64,000 bases of DNA from NCBI GenBank assembly GCA_965153285.1, contig OZ229121.1; one strand, written 5' to 3'. Under the pieces are notes generated by a model. The model was not told where the DNA came from and ran no database searches. It saw only the letters and a list, made by a program, of their open reading frames with translations. The DNA is from Podarcis tiliguerta. Lineage: Eukaryota. The translations under genes and the position numbers were made by a program. This document shows, in pieces, positions 1 to 13,061 of the stretch. The stretch's first letter is position 1. Each line of letters begins with the position of its first letter.

Positions 1-3000
1 CCAATACTGAACCCCTTCTTTCTCTCAGCTTTGCTAACCGCCCCCCCCCCTTCACAAATTGCACATTTTGTGGATGGCCCCTAAGGCATTTCTTTCATCT
101 GACTTCTGCTGGGGTTAACAGATGTCATTGGTGATTTGCTTTGCCAATGGCCTTAGTTTATACTTGGAGGAATGTTATTAAATGTCTCCAAGACCGCATC
201 TCATCATTTTAGACGGGATTTGGAAGCGTGTGCTAAGCTAAAACTGACTCTGAATAGCTTACACACTTGCCTCTCTTCCCCCCTTGGATCCATTACTGCC
301 ATTCTTTCCGTGCTGGCATTCCAGAGCTGCTGATTCACAGATTGTGTCTCATTCCAAATTTTGTCTTTCCCACACATAAAACGAAACCTAGTATACTGTT
401 CAGCTCTGGTCATCCAGCCGTTGCCTGCTTTTTAAGAGCTATTCAGTTTGCGTCTTGTGTTTTCTTGTTGCTTTGTCATTTTGCAACTATTCTTTCACCC
501 AAATGTCCACAAGGCCCTTTTGCCACTGTGTTTCTTCTGCTGTTTCCTGCTGCGTTCAGTCTTCAGTGCCTTCACTCCTTGGTTTACAACATAGACATTT
601 AGACGTTTAGAAGAGAAACGTGGCAATTGGGCGACATGGTCAGTTGTTGTCGTAGGAAAATCCCTGCGGTTGCTGAAATGTCAGTCTCTTCGGCTAGTGG
701 CAGCTGGCAGAATATAGCAGGGCTCCACTGACTGTTTGCCAGGCCTATCCATGTTTATTCGGAGCATAAGGACCATGAGTTTCAACGGAAATACAGTAGT
801 GTGAATGCGCAGGATATTGGAAGACTTTATTATCCACCCTTTCAACATTCTGTTGGCCACTGAAAGCACAGAAGGCTTTATTAGTCATGGTTAGAAGCAG
901 AATGAGGTCAGGAAATTGGCGAACACAAAAAAATATGCATTTTCCGCAAAAAGACACAAAACGTTTGATTCCCTCTGTTTCTTCTAGCTGGATTTGATAG
1001 TCAGTGATGGAGTCCACTCCCTCCAGCCCTGTTGCATCGCTGCTCAACTGTAAAACAGGTTTTGCGGTGTAGGGATTAATCATTTGTCTTAGAAAGGTTC
1101 TTGTAGGAATTTGTTCTAAGAGCAACCGTTGCAGAATGTTCCCTGTGATCATTAATAATTTGTAACGTGTGATATAATCACCTTCTATAATTATGATACA
1201 TTTTGCCGCTTTCTGGGAACTGAGATGTCCTGAAGTATAGAAGTCTCTGTAGGTTCTGGATGGAAGAATCCCTAGATGAGTTGTAATTTTTGCCTGAACC
1301 TTGGAGCCTTGATATTTTAGGATCCTGGATAGTACAATAATAATGATTGGTCATGTTCATATTATCATTTTATTAGATGTTGAATCCCAGGACAAGGTTT
1401 AAAATATTAAAAATGTATCAAAATTACACCATAAGTAGTTTCAATACAACAGCAACAACAAATTGACAACATATTGCTAGAGGCAATTCATCAGTTGGTA
1501 TGAGAAAGCTACCAATGAGTAAGACAGTCACATTTTTACAGGGATTCAATATCCCAGGTGCCACAACAGAGAAGGCCCTGTCCTATGTCACTGCACGACT
1601 TGCCACATTGTCACTTTAGTTTTACACTAGCCCTGTAACGTAGATCAATATGATGTCCATGATGATTCTTTCGTTGTATTTACATATCATCCCTTCTAGT
1701 ATAAATACACCAATCAGGACAGCTTACAATTTATAAAACCAATTACAAAAATGAGACAGGGTCAGCAGTTCAACTAAAATTCTAACAAAAGCCTCTGCCT
1801 CATAAAATAAAAGCCTGCTGGAATAAAATAAAAAAGGGCCTTCCATAACTGGTGAAAAACAGAAAGTGGAGTATTATCAACCCCAAACAGGGGTCTGGGG
1901 CTTGGAGGAATAGTGGTTTGTCACATATCAGGTTTGGGGCTGAAGTGAGATTTGAAGCAGGGACTGACCAGATCATTTTGAACATAGGCATTACTTGATA
2001 AAGTTCATTGTCATCTCAGATATTTTTTGTATGTGGATTATTTAGGGTCAGAATGACACATAAGCTAAAAATAATCCCTCTCCCAGCAGCTGGAGTTGAA
2101 GTTGTCAGACACCACATCAAGTGACCATGCCCAGAATAAAAAGTCATCTGCTTCAACACCATGACATTAGTGTGCTGTTTGCACGGCTGGCTGTCACCAC
2201 AGTGACATCTGTGCAAATAGCTATGCAAGTAGCTGCACCACAGGGGACAGCGACCATCGGTACTCATTTCACATTGCCATTTCCCACAAACTAAGCTAAG
2301 CAATCCATTGCATCTTCTCTCATGAGCGCATTAGACAAAATTTAAATAAAAAATAGTAAGGATGACTTGAGAATTGTTTGTGCCATAGCATTAAAAATGT
2401 ATTTTAAAATTATTGTAAAAATGAATGTGATTTTTCCAAAGCAAAATATGTTCTTTTTAAAGCAAAGGTGATATTTCCATCACATAACAAAAAGATCCAT
2501 GAAGGAACAGTGCGCAGCAGGCAGAAAAACTATGATGTACATCAGTGCTCTGTGTTCTAAATCATAAACCATATTTGTTGTCTGGTTCTTCCCTGGGATA
2601 GTCCTTACCATACACGATTAATGGTTACCAAATAATTACTGAAAAACTGCTAAAGCATCTCACAGGTTCCCATAGTAAGCGTTTTTATTCAAGTGGTTTT
2701 TATTCAATTCACTTCCAAGTCCAGACCAAGGCGCTTATGGTGATGTAGGTTGGGAGGGGGTATGCAGGCAGATGGGCCTTCTCTGTGGTGGCTCCCAACT
2801 TTTGGAATGACCTCTCTGAGCCATGTCAAACACTTTCCCTCAGCTGCTGAAAATGCACCTGTTTACTCCGGTCTTTGGGAAGGGCAGAGGTTTTGAGCTA
2901 CTCAGGTACTTTTTTTTAATTGCCTGCTTAATATGTCATTGAAGTTCTGTTTCTTGTTACTATGATATTTTATATTTTATGAGGTTTTTTTGTGACGTAC

Positions 3001-3376
3001 CTCCATCCAAGGATCAGATGATGGGTGGTTAATAAATCAGATAAAATATATCATAGGAAAATGATGGCTGTAGAACTGCACCTTACCAAGGCAAATGCAT
3101 CTTTCCGTGCTTGCTGAGGTCATGCAGATTTGGGGGCAGAGGAGAAATTTGCAGAGGATGATTGACCAGAAGGAGGATGGATGGTTAAAGCCTTGCCCTT
3201 GGACCCCTACCAGTTGTCCCTTGCAAATGCTTACTTATGAATCCAGCTGCTGGTGGGAGAGACTTTAAACAGCTTGGGGACATTTGTGGAAAATAATCGG
3301 CTGGTGGGGAAGTGTTAGGCTCCCTCCCCCTTCAATTATTCCTTTCAAACCATTTCCCATTTTCACATTTGCCTCA

Positions 3377-3429
3377 CATCAAATCCAAACATCAAATCCA
3401 AACATCAAATATCAAATCCAAACATCAAA
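3377..3429. repeat. Imperfect (CATCAAATCCAAA)n minisatellite
   Basis: About 4 imperfect copies of a 13-mer. Confidence 0.85.
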
Positions 3430-4922
3430 AATATGGGATTGGGAATCCTACATGGTACCAGCCATTGCGAATTAAGGTGCTGAAAACCATGCATTTGTAG
3501 CATAACAATGGGATTTCTCTTCCCAAGTGCCATGGCAACCAAAAGGTAGGATCCCTCATAAGCAGGCCGCAGTGATGCCCTTTCTGATAAACAAACCTAC
3601 TTGTCAAGGACGCCAATTGTTACTGACAAGAAAGCTAATTTCAGAAAGTGTTTTCTGCTCTGATTTTCCTGTGTGACAAGAAAATAAATTGCCTGTGTAA
3701 ATAAGGGTTTGAAAAAAGGCACAGAGTTGGCCCAAGGCATTTTTGCTGCCTGAGGCAACGGGGCAAATGCTACCCCTCTCAATTCCATATACAGAAAGCA
3801 GCAGAACTGGCCACTTTTGTGACTCCAGATTTCAGGACAGCTCAACTCCACATCAACAGTTCCCTGGCAAGCCATAGCCTTTCCAACATTTGCAGGTACA
3901 GTACTAGTTTCATAGTTTTAGTGGAGTCGAATGTTAGCATGGAAATAACAGAGAGCCAAGCTACATGTTACATTCATCATACTGTTTAAAAGGTGTGCTT
4001 GATGCCACCACTTTTACTTTAGAGGGAAAGCAGTTGCAGAGCCCCCCCCCCCCCAATTCAGCATGACACAACCAATCTAGATCGGGTCTCCACACTTGGT
4101 TACTCTTGACAATTGACCTCTCCCTGCGCTTGCTACCATTTACCCCTCAAAGTGCAGTTTATGGAATATAGCTGAGCGCCAATAAGATGGGCAAGCTGCC
4201 TCAGCACAGGATTCACTCCTGCAACTGGGAATTGGCCCCCAAGCAAGAGTGAGTGGGCTGTGGGGATGAGTAAGGTGTACAGGGATTCTCTTCCGAAACC
4301 TGAGCTGGCCGTGGGATTGTTCACATGATATATTCCTCAATTCTTCTGATTTGAGGTTTTATTGCCATCAAGTGGTATATAAGCGCTGTGGAAAAAACCA
4401 AGACGAAACAATTTGAGAAAATAAAGCTGATCAAAAGCTTCAATAGGCCGACTTTGTTGTTCTTCCAGATTCTCCTTTGACAAAGCTTCTTCCAACAGAG
4501 GTTATTTTCCACTTGGCGTGTGCTGCCAAAGAGTCCAGAGTCTGCATTAGGCGCATAATATGATTGCCAATTTTAATACTTTAATGCACATTTCCTTGAT
4601 TGTTGTTTTTTTAATGCAGTGAACAAAAAGCTCTGGTGTAGACGTAGGCTTGGGCAGCGGAATAGGAATGCTACCCAGAAACTGAGGCGATGCCCATGGG
4701 TGGCTTCTGCCCAAAGAACTGAGGGGGCAAAGAAAGGGGAATGAGACATTGCAAGAACCAGCCATCCTCGTGAGCTGGTGAAGAGGTAGAACTGTGCCAG
4801 TGCCATACCCAACAGTGTCATACCCAACACCTCCCAGTACATAATTAAAAGCTGTTACTTCTCCACAAGGTATCTGCTGGAGAACTGTTTGAGAGGCTGT
4901 ACATGGAGGTGGGGGAGCTGCT

Positions 4923-5168
4923 GAGCCAGCGTGGTGTAGTGGTTAAGAGTGGTAGTCTCTCATAATCTGGTGAACTGGCTTAGTGTCTCCGCTCCTCCAC
5001 ATGCAGCTGCTGGGTGACCTTGGGCCAGTCACACTTCTCTGAAGTCTCTCAGCCCCACTCACCTCACAGAGTGTTTGTTGTGGGGGAGGAAGGGAAAGGA
5101 GAATGTTAGCCGCTTTGAGACTCCTTAGGGTAGTGATAAAGCGGGATATCAAATCCAAATTCTTCTTC
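4923..5168 (+). mobile_element. tRNA-derived Squam3-type SINE
   Basis: GAGCCAGCGTGGTGTAGTGGTTAAGAG A-box head, CORE-like GGTGACCTTGGGCCAGTCAC, (TTC)n tail. Confidence 0.75.
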
Positions 5169-5742
5169 CAAACTCTACTGCTGAGGAAGTGGAAGATCTG
5201 GCATCCAATAAATGCAGACTGTGGCAGCGGGTGATGCATTCCTTGGAGGCCGGATCTGCTGCCCCTGTGGACCTTGCCACCTGAGGCACTTGCCTCACCT
5301 TGTCTCATGGGTGGGTGGGTCAGCCCTGCTCACTGCCTTTCACCCCACGACTCCCAACACCAGGCACGTCTGTCCTACTGGATCTGTGTCTTCCCTTCAC
5401 CTGTGTCCAAAATAGATTGCCAAGGGCACCATGTACACTTTCAGCCTCCAGATGGCGCCGTTCCTTCATTTCTCAGCCACTAGGCAAGGATTCTCTAGTG
5501 AACAACACTATGTGGTGAGCTAGCAAATGGGGAAAACCTCCCTTTCATTCTTGGAATTGTGCTGTTTCCCTTTCCCTAATGGTTTTTGATCCACTCAGTC
5601 TCCAGTGAGCCCAAGAAGGCAGAGAGCAAACAAAGCATGAGAGAATAACTTGTATGGCCGTATAGGCACTTCTCATGGGCTTTTAGTAGCCAACTTAAGC
5701 AGCCAGCAGAGAATGGGATAAAATGCGTGATGGGAGTAATTA

Positions 5743-6003
5743 ATAGTAATAATTTATTATTTGTACCCCACCCATCTGGCTGGGTTTCCCCAGCCACTCT
5801 GGGAGGCTTCCAACAAAGATTAAAAATACATTAAAATGTCACACATTAAAAACTTCCCTAAACAGGGCTGCCTTCAGATGTCTTCTGAATGTCAGGTAGT
5901 TGTTTATCTCTTTGACATCTGGTGGGAGGGCGTTCCACAAGGCGGGTGCCACTACTGAGAAGGCCCTGGTTCCCTGTAGCTTTGCTTCTTGCAGTGAGGG
6001 AAC
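5743..6003 (-). mobile_element. L2 LINE 3' end, same family as 8640
   Basis: Reverse-complement match to about 8775-9040. A tail-only copy lies at 39794-39870. Confidence 0.78.
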
Positions 6004-6694
6004 CTAAACATTATGCAGAGAACAAAAATTATCATGGGCGCAATAAAGCCCTGGCATATGATACTCCTATTGACTAAACGGGGTGCTGTGAAAATGGGAG
6101 AGGTGCAGCAATACAGTTCCTTCCTTTACCCCCCCCCCCCCGCAAAAATGGGTAGAGATCCACATTCCTGTTCCTGATAACCAAACAGTTTTAAACAAAT
6201 TCATAATTAAAGAATACAAATTTATTTTTCAAACCTTTCGCAAACCAAGGCTGTTATTTCTTATAAGTAAAAATGAAATACTGCACACTCCCCATATTAT
6301 TTATAATTAAAGGGGTCTCTGCCAAGAGACATCACTGCTGTGTTGAAGAATTGTTCTGTAATTGTTCTGCAGTCACTGGCAAAGTTCCACAGAACCACCC
6401 AACTAATTATCACCCATCCATATTCTGTCCCCAAGTCAATATGAGAACATTGTCTTCAAAGGGAACTCCTCAGAGCCCTCCAAAGAGAGGGTGCTGCTGA
6501 TATTATAAGTACTGTGCAGTGAGAAAATGTAAGATGATGAGACTCACTCATCTTTAAAGATGCAGCAATCCTCTGTCAGAGCAGGTAACCTAAATCAGTG
6601 CCTCTTAAACGTCTCATAGCTGAGGCCTGAGGCACACCTTTCTTTTGGTCTAAACTGGAGACAAACTTTATACCTGGGAAAGTTTACTTCCAGA

Positions 6695-6959
6695 GCAGAG
6701 ATGGGAATGTAGCCCTCCAGATGTTGCTGGACTCCAACTCCCATCAGCCTCCACCCAGAAATGATGGGAGCTGTAGTACTGCAATGTCTGGAGGGTCACA
6801 GGTTAGCCTTCCTCCTTCTAGAGCAGGCTTCCTCAAACTCGGCCCTCCAGATGCTTTTGGCCTACAACTCCCCTGATCCCTAGCTGGCAGGACCAGTGGT
6901 CAGGGATGATGGGAATTGTAGTCTCAAAACATCTGGAGGGCTGAGGTTGAGGAAGCCTG
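6695..6959. mobile_element. Two adjacent palindromic hAT MITEs
   Basis: Two CCCTCCAGATG...CTGGAGGG hairpin units separated by TTCTAGAG. Older relatives lie near 9305-9420, 10210-10385, 14290-14425, 28010-28125, 30537-30672, 34398-34535 and 44555-44680. Confidence 0.78.
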
Positions 6960-8446
6960 TTCTCAGAGTTGAAATAGCAAATGCTGATTATCCCTTCCTT
7001 CCAGCTTTCTGTGCTGCATGCATTTTTTCATGCTGCAATTCCATCAAAATCTATGAGACAAATTAGTCATGATCTGAGTTGAGTTCAATAGGACCAAAGC
7101 ATGACTAACTTAATCTGGAGAATCCAGCACGATGTATCTTGCTTGGAAGTGGGCCAAGCCAGATCTGTGACTCATTCAGGGATCAGAAGGCAGTGGGAAA
7201 ATCTGATGTGTGGCTGAATCAGGAATGACTAAAACATTCCCACTACACCTGATTTAGAGATGTGGCAAGAATCAGGCCCTACAGTGTAGGCTGATTAGGA
7301 AGAGGTAAGGATAAGCTGATGAATTAAATCAGAGATGCATCAGTCATCCTTCTTCAAAGCACAATTGTTTCTTTCTTTTTCATAGCACGCGTCATAGTTC
7401 TCTTACAGCCTACAGTATGGAAATTATTGCCCTAAGCCCAAATCTTGGAAGCTGTGGGAATCCTAGCTGCACAAAGAATCACACAAGAAAATATTGAGTG
7501 AAAGCTACTGGCAATTAACACATGCATTGGCCACAAGCCATTGTAAACTCTTTAATTAGTGGTTGTGCCCAGAGGTCTGATGCCAAGAACAAACTTAAAA
7601 GATTATGCAATCTGATAAATGTCTGCTATGTACACTGATTTATAGCAAATGTAAATACATACTTAAGTAGCTATTTTCATTGTACCATTTCTCTAGAGCG
7701 TAACAGTTTATGGAAACAAGGAAAACTTGTATTATTGCTAAGATAATGCTAGGCATAGCTGTAATTTCCACCTGCTTGTCTATTGTGACTTATGCTACAA
7801 TGAAGTAATTTCATGCTACATTAGCAGGGTAAGAAAGTGTTTATGGCAAACAAAATCAAATTGTTGTGATTAACGTGGCGGAATGCCCAGCACTTGAGTG
7901 ATAATTTTAATTAGGGAATGCTGACCTTGTTCAAAGAATCTTTCAGCGCCACAAAAAACCCAGTTTAAACATCTGTTGCAGCTTAATTCATTGACAACAC
8001 TTACCGTATGTGAACAGAACATTTGGTTGCGCTAAAAACAAACAAACTTTTGAGTTGAGAGCAGGAAACTAAATGATTCAGATGTTATTCAATGCATGGG
8101 AGTATAGCCTGCTAGATAATGAAGTAAAATCCTCAGAATGATACTGAACTTCAGATTTTGATAGCGGCATGAAAAATGCAAGAGATTCTAGAACAGAAAA
8201 CTTGCACCATTTATCTTTATAGATTCCCCAAGCATCTTCTTCCCATTAATATCAGCTCATGTCAAGGTGGTGTCTGCTCTTCGAAATAAACACCCTCTGC
8301 TCACTTAGAGAGATATTTAGTTCTTTATTTACGTATCTACAAACAGCTACAATTCCAAATCATGCGTCTGAAGAGTCAGATTCGGGGAGTGGCTCCTTCT
8401 CCAACACAGCAGATGAGATTTGATCCCTGCACTCTATCCGGGCTAG

Positions 8447-8602
8447 AGCTGGATAGCTCAGTTGGTTAGAGCTTGGTGCTGATAATGGCAAGGTTGCAGG
8501 TTTGATCCCCGTATGGGACAACTGCATATTCCTGCATTGCAGGGGGTTGGACTAGATGATCCTCAGGGTCCCTTCCAACTCTACAGTTCTATGATTCTAT
8601 GA
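8447..8602 (+). mobile_element. tRNA-Ile-derived SINE with CR1-type 3' tail
   Basis: Head resembles tRNA-Ile (TAGCTCAGTTGGTTAGAGC...GATCCCCGTA). Tail GGTTGGACTAGATG...CCCTTCCAACTCT...TTCTATGATTCTATGA is typical of CR1 3' ends. Confidence 0.8.
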
Positions 8603-8639
8603 ACTCTCTTCTCACCTGTGCAGAAGGCAACGCTTCCCC

Positions 8640-9045
8640 TTCTCTTCCGAGCACAATTCAAAGTGTTGGTGCTGACCTTTAAAGCCCTAAATGGCCTCAG
8701 TCCAGTATACCTGAAAGAGCGTCTCCACTTCCACTGCCCAGACACTGAGGTCCAGCGCTGAGGGCCTTCTGGCGGTTCCCTCGCTGTGAGAAGCCAAGTT
8801 ACAGGGAACCAGGCAGAGGGCCATCTTGGTAGTGGCGCCCGCCTTGTGGAACGCCCTCCCACCAGATGTCAAAGAGAAAAATAACTACCAAACTTTTAGA
8901 AGACATCTAAAGGCAGCCCTGTTTAGGGAAGCTTTTAATGTTAATAGGTTATTGTATTTTAGTGTTTTGTTGGAAGCCGCCCAGAGTGGCTAGGGGGACC
9001 CAGCCAGATGGGCGTGGAATAAATAATAAATAATAATAATAAATA
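8640..9045 (+). mobile_element. L2 LINE 3' end
   Basis: Decayed ORF2 C-terminus FRAQFKVLVLTFKALNGLSPVYLKERL...PALWNALP...FRRHLKAALFREAF, then a 3' UTR and (AAT)n tail. Confidence 0.8.
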
Positions 9046-10758
9046 TTATTCCTGAACTCCCAGGTTGGTGGCAGGGCTCTTCAGCATCGCAGAGCCCTGA
9101 TACCACTTGACTGCTCTCCGCCTTCTTCCGTCATTTCCCCGTTTTCCCCTTCTGACTGTTCCTGCTTTGAAACTCTCCCTTCCCTTGACCCAAGGGCGTT
9201 CCCTGTCTGTCCTGTGACAGCTCACTAGTTTCTGAATGAGGCATCAGAAAGAAACCCCCATGTCTCTGTGTGGGTTGCTGTGCATGAAAGCTATTACAGC
9301 AGAGTGGTCCTCAGATTTGTTGAACTGCACTTCCCACCATCCTTTGCCATTAACCATGCTGGTGGGAGCTGGTGGTAGTTGGGAGTCCAACATCTATGAG
9401 GCCACTTTCCCCCTCCCTGCATCAAACACATCTAGTGATTCCAGAATTACTGCTCTGCCTTGTGCTCTAGGGTGCAACTTGCGTCATTCTGCATTGGGAA
9501 GGGGAAGATCATGAAGGCTGCGCTGACCAAATTTGCTGACCCGCTAGCAGCTCCAGGACAGAATGAGTTGCAGTCAACATTGTCCACTTCTACTCGAAGA
9601 GTCTATGCTGCAGATACCAGATGCCGAAACCTATAAATCCCTTGGTTCCCATTTTAGTGAAGTGGTTGGCACATACACTATGAAATAAATGAGTAAATAA
9701 CAAGCCTACCCATATGTTTAGAGAGTTGATGTGAGTTTTAATATTTTTAGTATATTGCTATTTTTACTTTTCAAAAATTCTAATTTTTTTAGTGATAAGT
9801 TTTATTATTTTTTTGTAAACCACTTTGAGTGAGATTTTTTTACAATGAAGTGGTATACTAACTTTTATGAAATAAAAATACACTACAAAGAAGTTTTAGG
9901 ATTTTTCCAGACTGGAGCACCCATAACCACCTCTTCAATTAAGTGAAAGTCTGCTTTATTGCCCATCCAATAAAACTAGGTCCATATTATGAATCATGGG
10001 ACATCAGGCCAGTTATCTTTTCCAAAACAAATGGAAAAAGGGGTTTCTTCTGCTTGAATGGTTGCAATTTCATATATTCTCAGGGTCTCCCATCATTTTG
10101 TGTCACAGCCCCAGTACATGCATGCACAGCCATGCTTCTTCATAAATATCCTGGGCAGTTTGTATGCACTTTGACAGAGACTCAGCACCTAGAAATAAGT
10201 CTTATGGCAGAAGTGGTCCAACCTCTTGAGACTGCCAGACTCCAACTCCTATCAGCCACAGTAAACCTGACCAATGGCCGAGAGACGATAGTGGTGCAAC
10301 AAGATCCAACAGTACTTTATCTAACTACTGTTGGATCTTGTTGGAGAGTACTCCAACAACATCTGAAGAGCCACATTCTCAGGACCTCTTCAGTTTTGCA
10401 GATGCCCTTGCTCTTTTTGTGATTGGAGTTGCTTCAGTGGACATGATTCTCAACCCACCATAGAGGTGACAAGGCAATGTCTTAGTATGTTTAAAACACT
10501 CCAACTCAAATCCCTGTTATTCCCCAGTAACAAATCTATTTTCCTTCAGCATAGGTTTTTTGAGATTATAAGATTCCCACTTTTATGTTGTTTGATTTTC
10601 TATTTACAGTGTTTTCAATTTTGAATTGAGTTGTGCCGTACTGTAGTATGTGAAACTGCATTGGGGGCCTTTAGGTCAAAAGGCAAGATATAATAAACTG
10701 AATTACATATAGTATAAAACACACCACACATTTGTCTGTCAACATGTAATGCCCTGGG

Positions 10759-10764
10759 TTTATT
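10759..10764 (-). terminator. Candidate EPC1 polyadenylation signal
   Basis: AATAAA on the minus strand, followed about 30 nt later by GU/U-rich TGTGTGGTGTGTTTT. Confidence 0.55.
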
Positions 10765-11490
10765 TTGTGAGAGTTCTGTCACAATTTTCCAGGTGGGATT
10801 AAAAACCTTAAGGATAATGTACGCCATTGGAGTGGGCATTCAGGCTTCGGTACTGACAAAGCACTAGTAGTAGAGTCTTAAGTACCATTCTCTTCACAGA
10901 AGAGAGGGCAAATATTTCCAAAGGAAGGCACCCGACAGTTGTGGTTCTGGCCTTGCAGCCTTCTGGAGAATCTTAAAAGGAAAAAAAGCTGGCTGTTTTC
11001 AGAAACTGGAATGATGATACACGTACAGCAATTACTGCATTCTTCTCCCTTATAGCCTTTTTCTTAACAAGTAAAGAATGAAGTCTTTAACAATTATACA
11101 ATAAAAAAATATAATTTGTGATCAAAAAAAGGGCAAGACAACATAAAAACTCCAGTTGTAAGGACTCCATTTGCATACTTGATTTGACACCTTTTTTTTT
11201 TTTTTTTGGTGTGCAAGGAAATGGGACAACAGAGGGGGCTGTATGAAGAGCAGCAACATAACTTTAGTGCTTTAAGTACCAGAAACTGCACACGTGTTTG
11301 TGAGCTAGTCAGTTGGTAGAATCCATGAGACTTCATTTTTAGCTTGTTACTTGCCTTATGATATTAAAACAGGAAGATCCCATTGAATAGTACATTCCCC
11401 ATTTTAAACTGATGCCTTTAAAAAATTCTGTATGTATGTCACCATTTTTCACATGATACACAGAAAACTCAAGGACCCAGAGGGGGAACC

Positions 11491-11686
11491 NNNNNNNNNN
11501 NNNNNNNNNNNNNNNNNNNNNNNNNNNNNNNNNNNNNNNNNNNNNNNNNNNNNNNNNNNNNNNNNNNNNNNNNNNNNNNNNNNNNNNNNNNNNNNNNNNN
11601 NNNNNNNNNNNNNNNNNNNNNNNNNNNNNNNNNNNNNNNNNNNNNNNNNNNNNNNNNNNNNNNNNNNNNNNNNNNNNNNNNNNNNN
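11491..11686. other. Sequence gap, 196 N
   Basis: N run inside the EPC1 3' UTR. Confidence 1.
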
Positions 11687-12032
11687 TCTTACTTTGTTGC
11701 AATTCTCCCTCCCTCCCCTCCCTCCCCCAGCCCCAAGTGCAAAGCATCACAAATGAACAGTTCTGTATTCAAGTAACATATATACAAGGGTATTACAAAT
11801 ATGCAGTACTGTACAGATAATTGCTGTAGTCTTAATTTACAGTTGCTGATTCTTTCCTATTAACAGTAAGAAAAGAAAAACCAAAGCATGAGAGATGTGC
11901 ATTGCTGTCAAGTCCCCACAGCTGCCATGGAAACGCAATAGGCTGCATTCCATCATCCCTTGCATTCAAATTGCTACTGATGCATAGCACCTAAACAAGT
12001 TCCCAAAGGCTGAAGTTCCATTACTATGGAAA

Positions 12033-12105
12033 CTACGTCACCTCCATTGCTACTGTATTGTCTGCTATATTGTTCAGTGCTGGCTTTTCTGTTTCATGGT
12101 TTTCC
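12033..12105 (-). CDS. EPC1: EPC1 exon 15, coding part (73 nt, with stop)
   Basis: cacag|G then ENHETEKPALNNIADNTVAMEVT-TAG, the EPC1 C-terminus. Total CDS is 2529 nt, or 842 aa. Confidence 0.97.
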
Positions 12106-13061
12106 CTGTGAAATAAAAAGGGGAAAGGGGGGAAAAACACCCATAAATATCCAGGAAGGGCAGCAGAACCAAAGCAATCTGTCAATTCCACACACACCCC
12201 TTAACAACATTGTAAAAGTGACCCCCCAACACACACTGCATCTTTAATATGGCATTTGTGTGTTAACACATATTGTTTTAGCTTCCTTTGGTTATTGTAC
12301 ATTTTTATCTTAAGGATTCCATTTTCAAAGGAAGTATACTATTCCAGAATACTTTATCATATCAACATAAAAGAGGGGGTAATATTTCAGGAATGGGGGG
12401 GGGGGAGTTTATATAAAAATGGATTCTTGCATTGTAAATCTCACACCAAGAGAAATACATGTAGGAGTACTGAATCAACTGGGCTATGGGCCTGTGTTTC
12501 TCTGAATTGCAACCAGCAAGCCCACTTCCCCTTCCAAACAACTTTCAAAACAGAGAATTTAAAAAACACACTTTCAGATATGGAAAGAATCCCCAAGCTC
12601 TTGAGAGAATCAAGCAAAGCCCTTAGATGCCAATAATTTAAGAGATAAATCCCATCCAGATCAATGAGGCTTACTTTCACACATTTAGAATTTGGGAGGG
12701 GCAGGAGGACGGGGAATTTATTAATGACAACATGAAACAAAGCTTTACTGTTCAATACATTTTCTTCTCTCTGTAATCAGACTCTAGACACAGTACAATC
12801 CAAAGCATGCAAGTTTTCGTATTACAGAGTCTGGTTCTTTTTAGGTACAAAAAAAACGATCAGCCTCCACTTGCAACATTTCAAGAACCTCTACAAGATT
12901 TTACTATTTAGACTAGAGATGCATAAAGCAGAAGTTAGGGGCAGGTTTCAAATGTATGTCACAGAGATAATCTTGTGAGACAGACTCACAAATGCCACAG
13001 TGCCAGAATACCAGATGTGAATTATCTCCCTGCCAACCTGAATTCCAACACAAAGGCTTAC

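Larger units (their letters stand above)
10740..12032 (-). other. EPC1: EPC1 3' UTR (approximate; contains N gap 11491-11686)
   Basis: U-rich, repeat-free sequence downstream of the stop codon. Pumilio element TGTATATA at 11779-11786. The end is inferred from the polyA signal. Confidence 0.6.

Noticed and set aside
4300-4530. Possible conserved non-coding enhancer (also about 7850-8050)
   Set aside because: An impression from composition only, which cannot be supported without alignments.
8447-8520. Possible tRNA-Ile(GAT) gene
   Set aside because: Stems and B box are degraded, and it runs straight into a SINE body and CR1 tail, so it is a SINE head.
9943-10422. 159-aa ORF
   Set aside because: GTG start, runs through a decayed MITE, no recognisable motif.
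11432-11776. ORFs spanning the 3' UTR N gap
   Set aside because: Artefacts of N translation.
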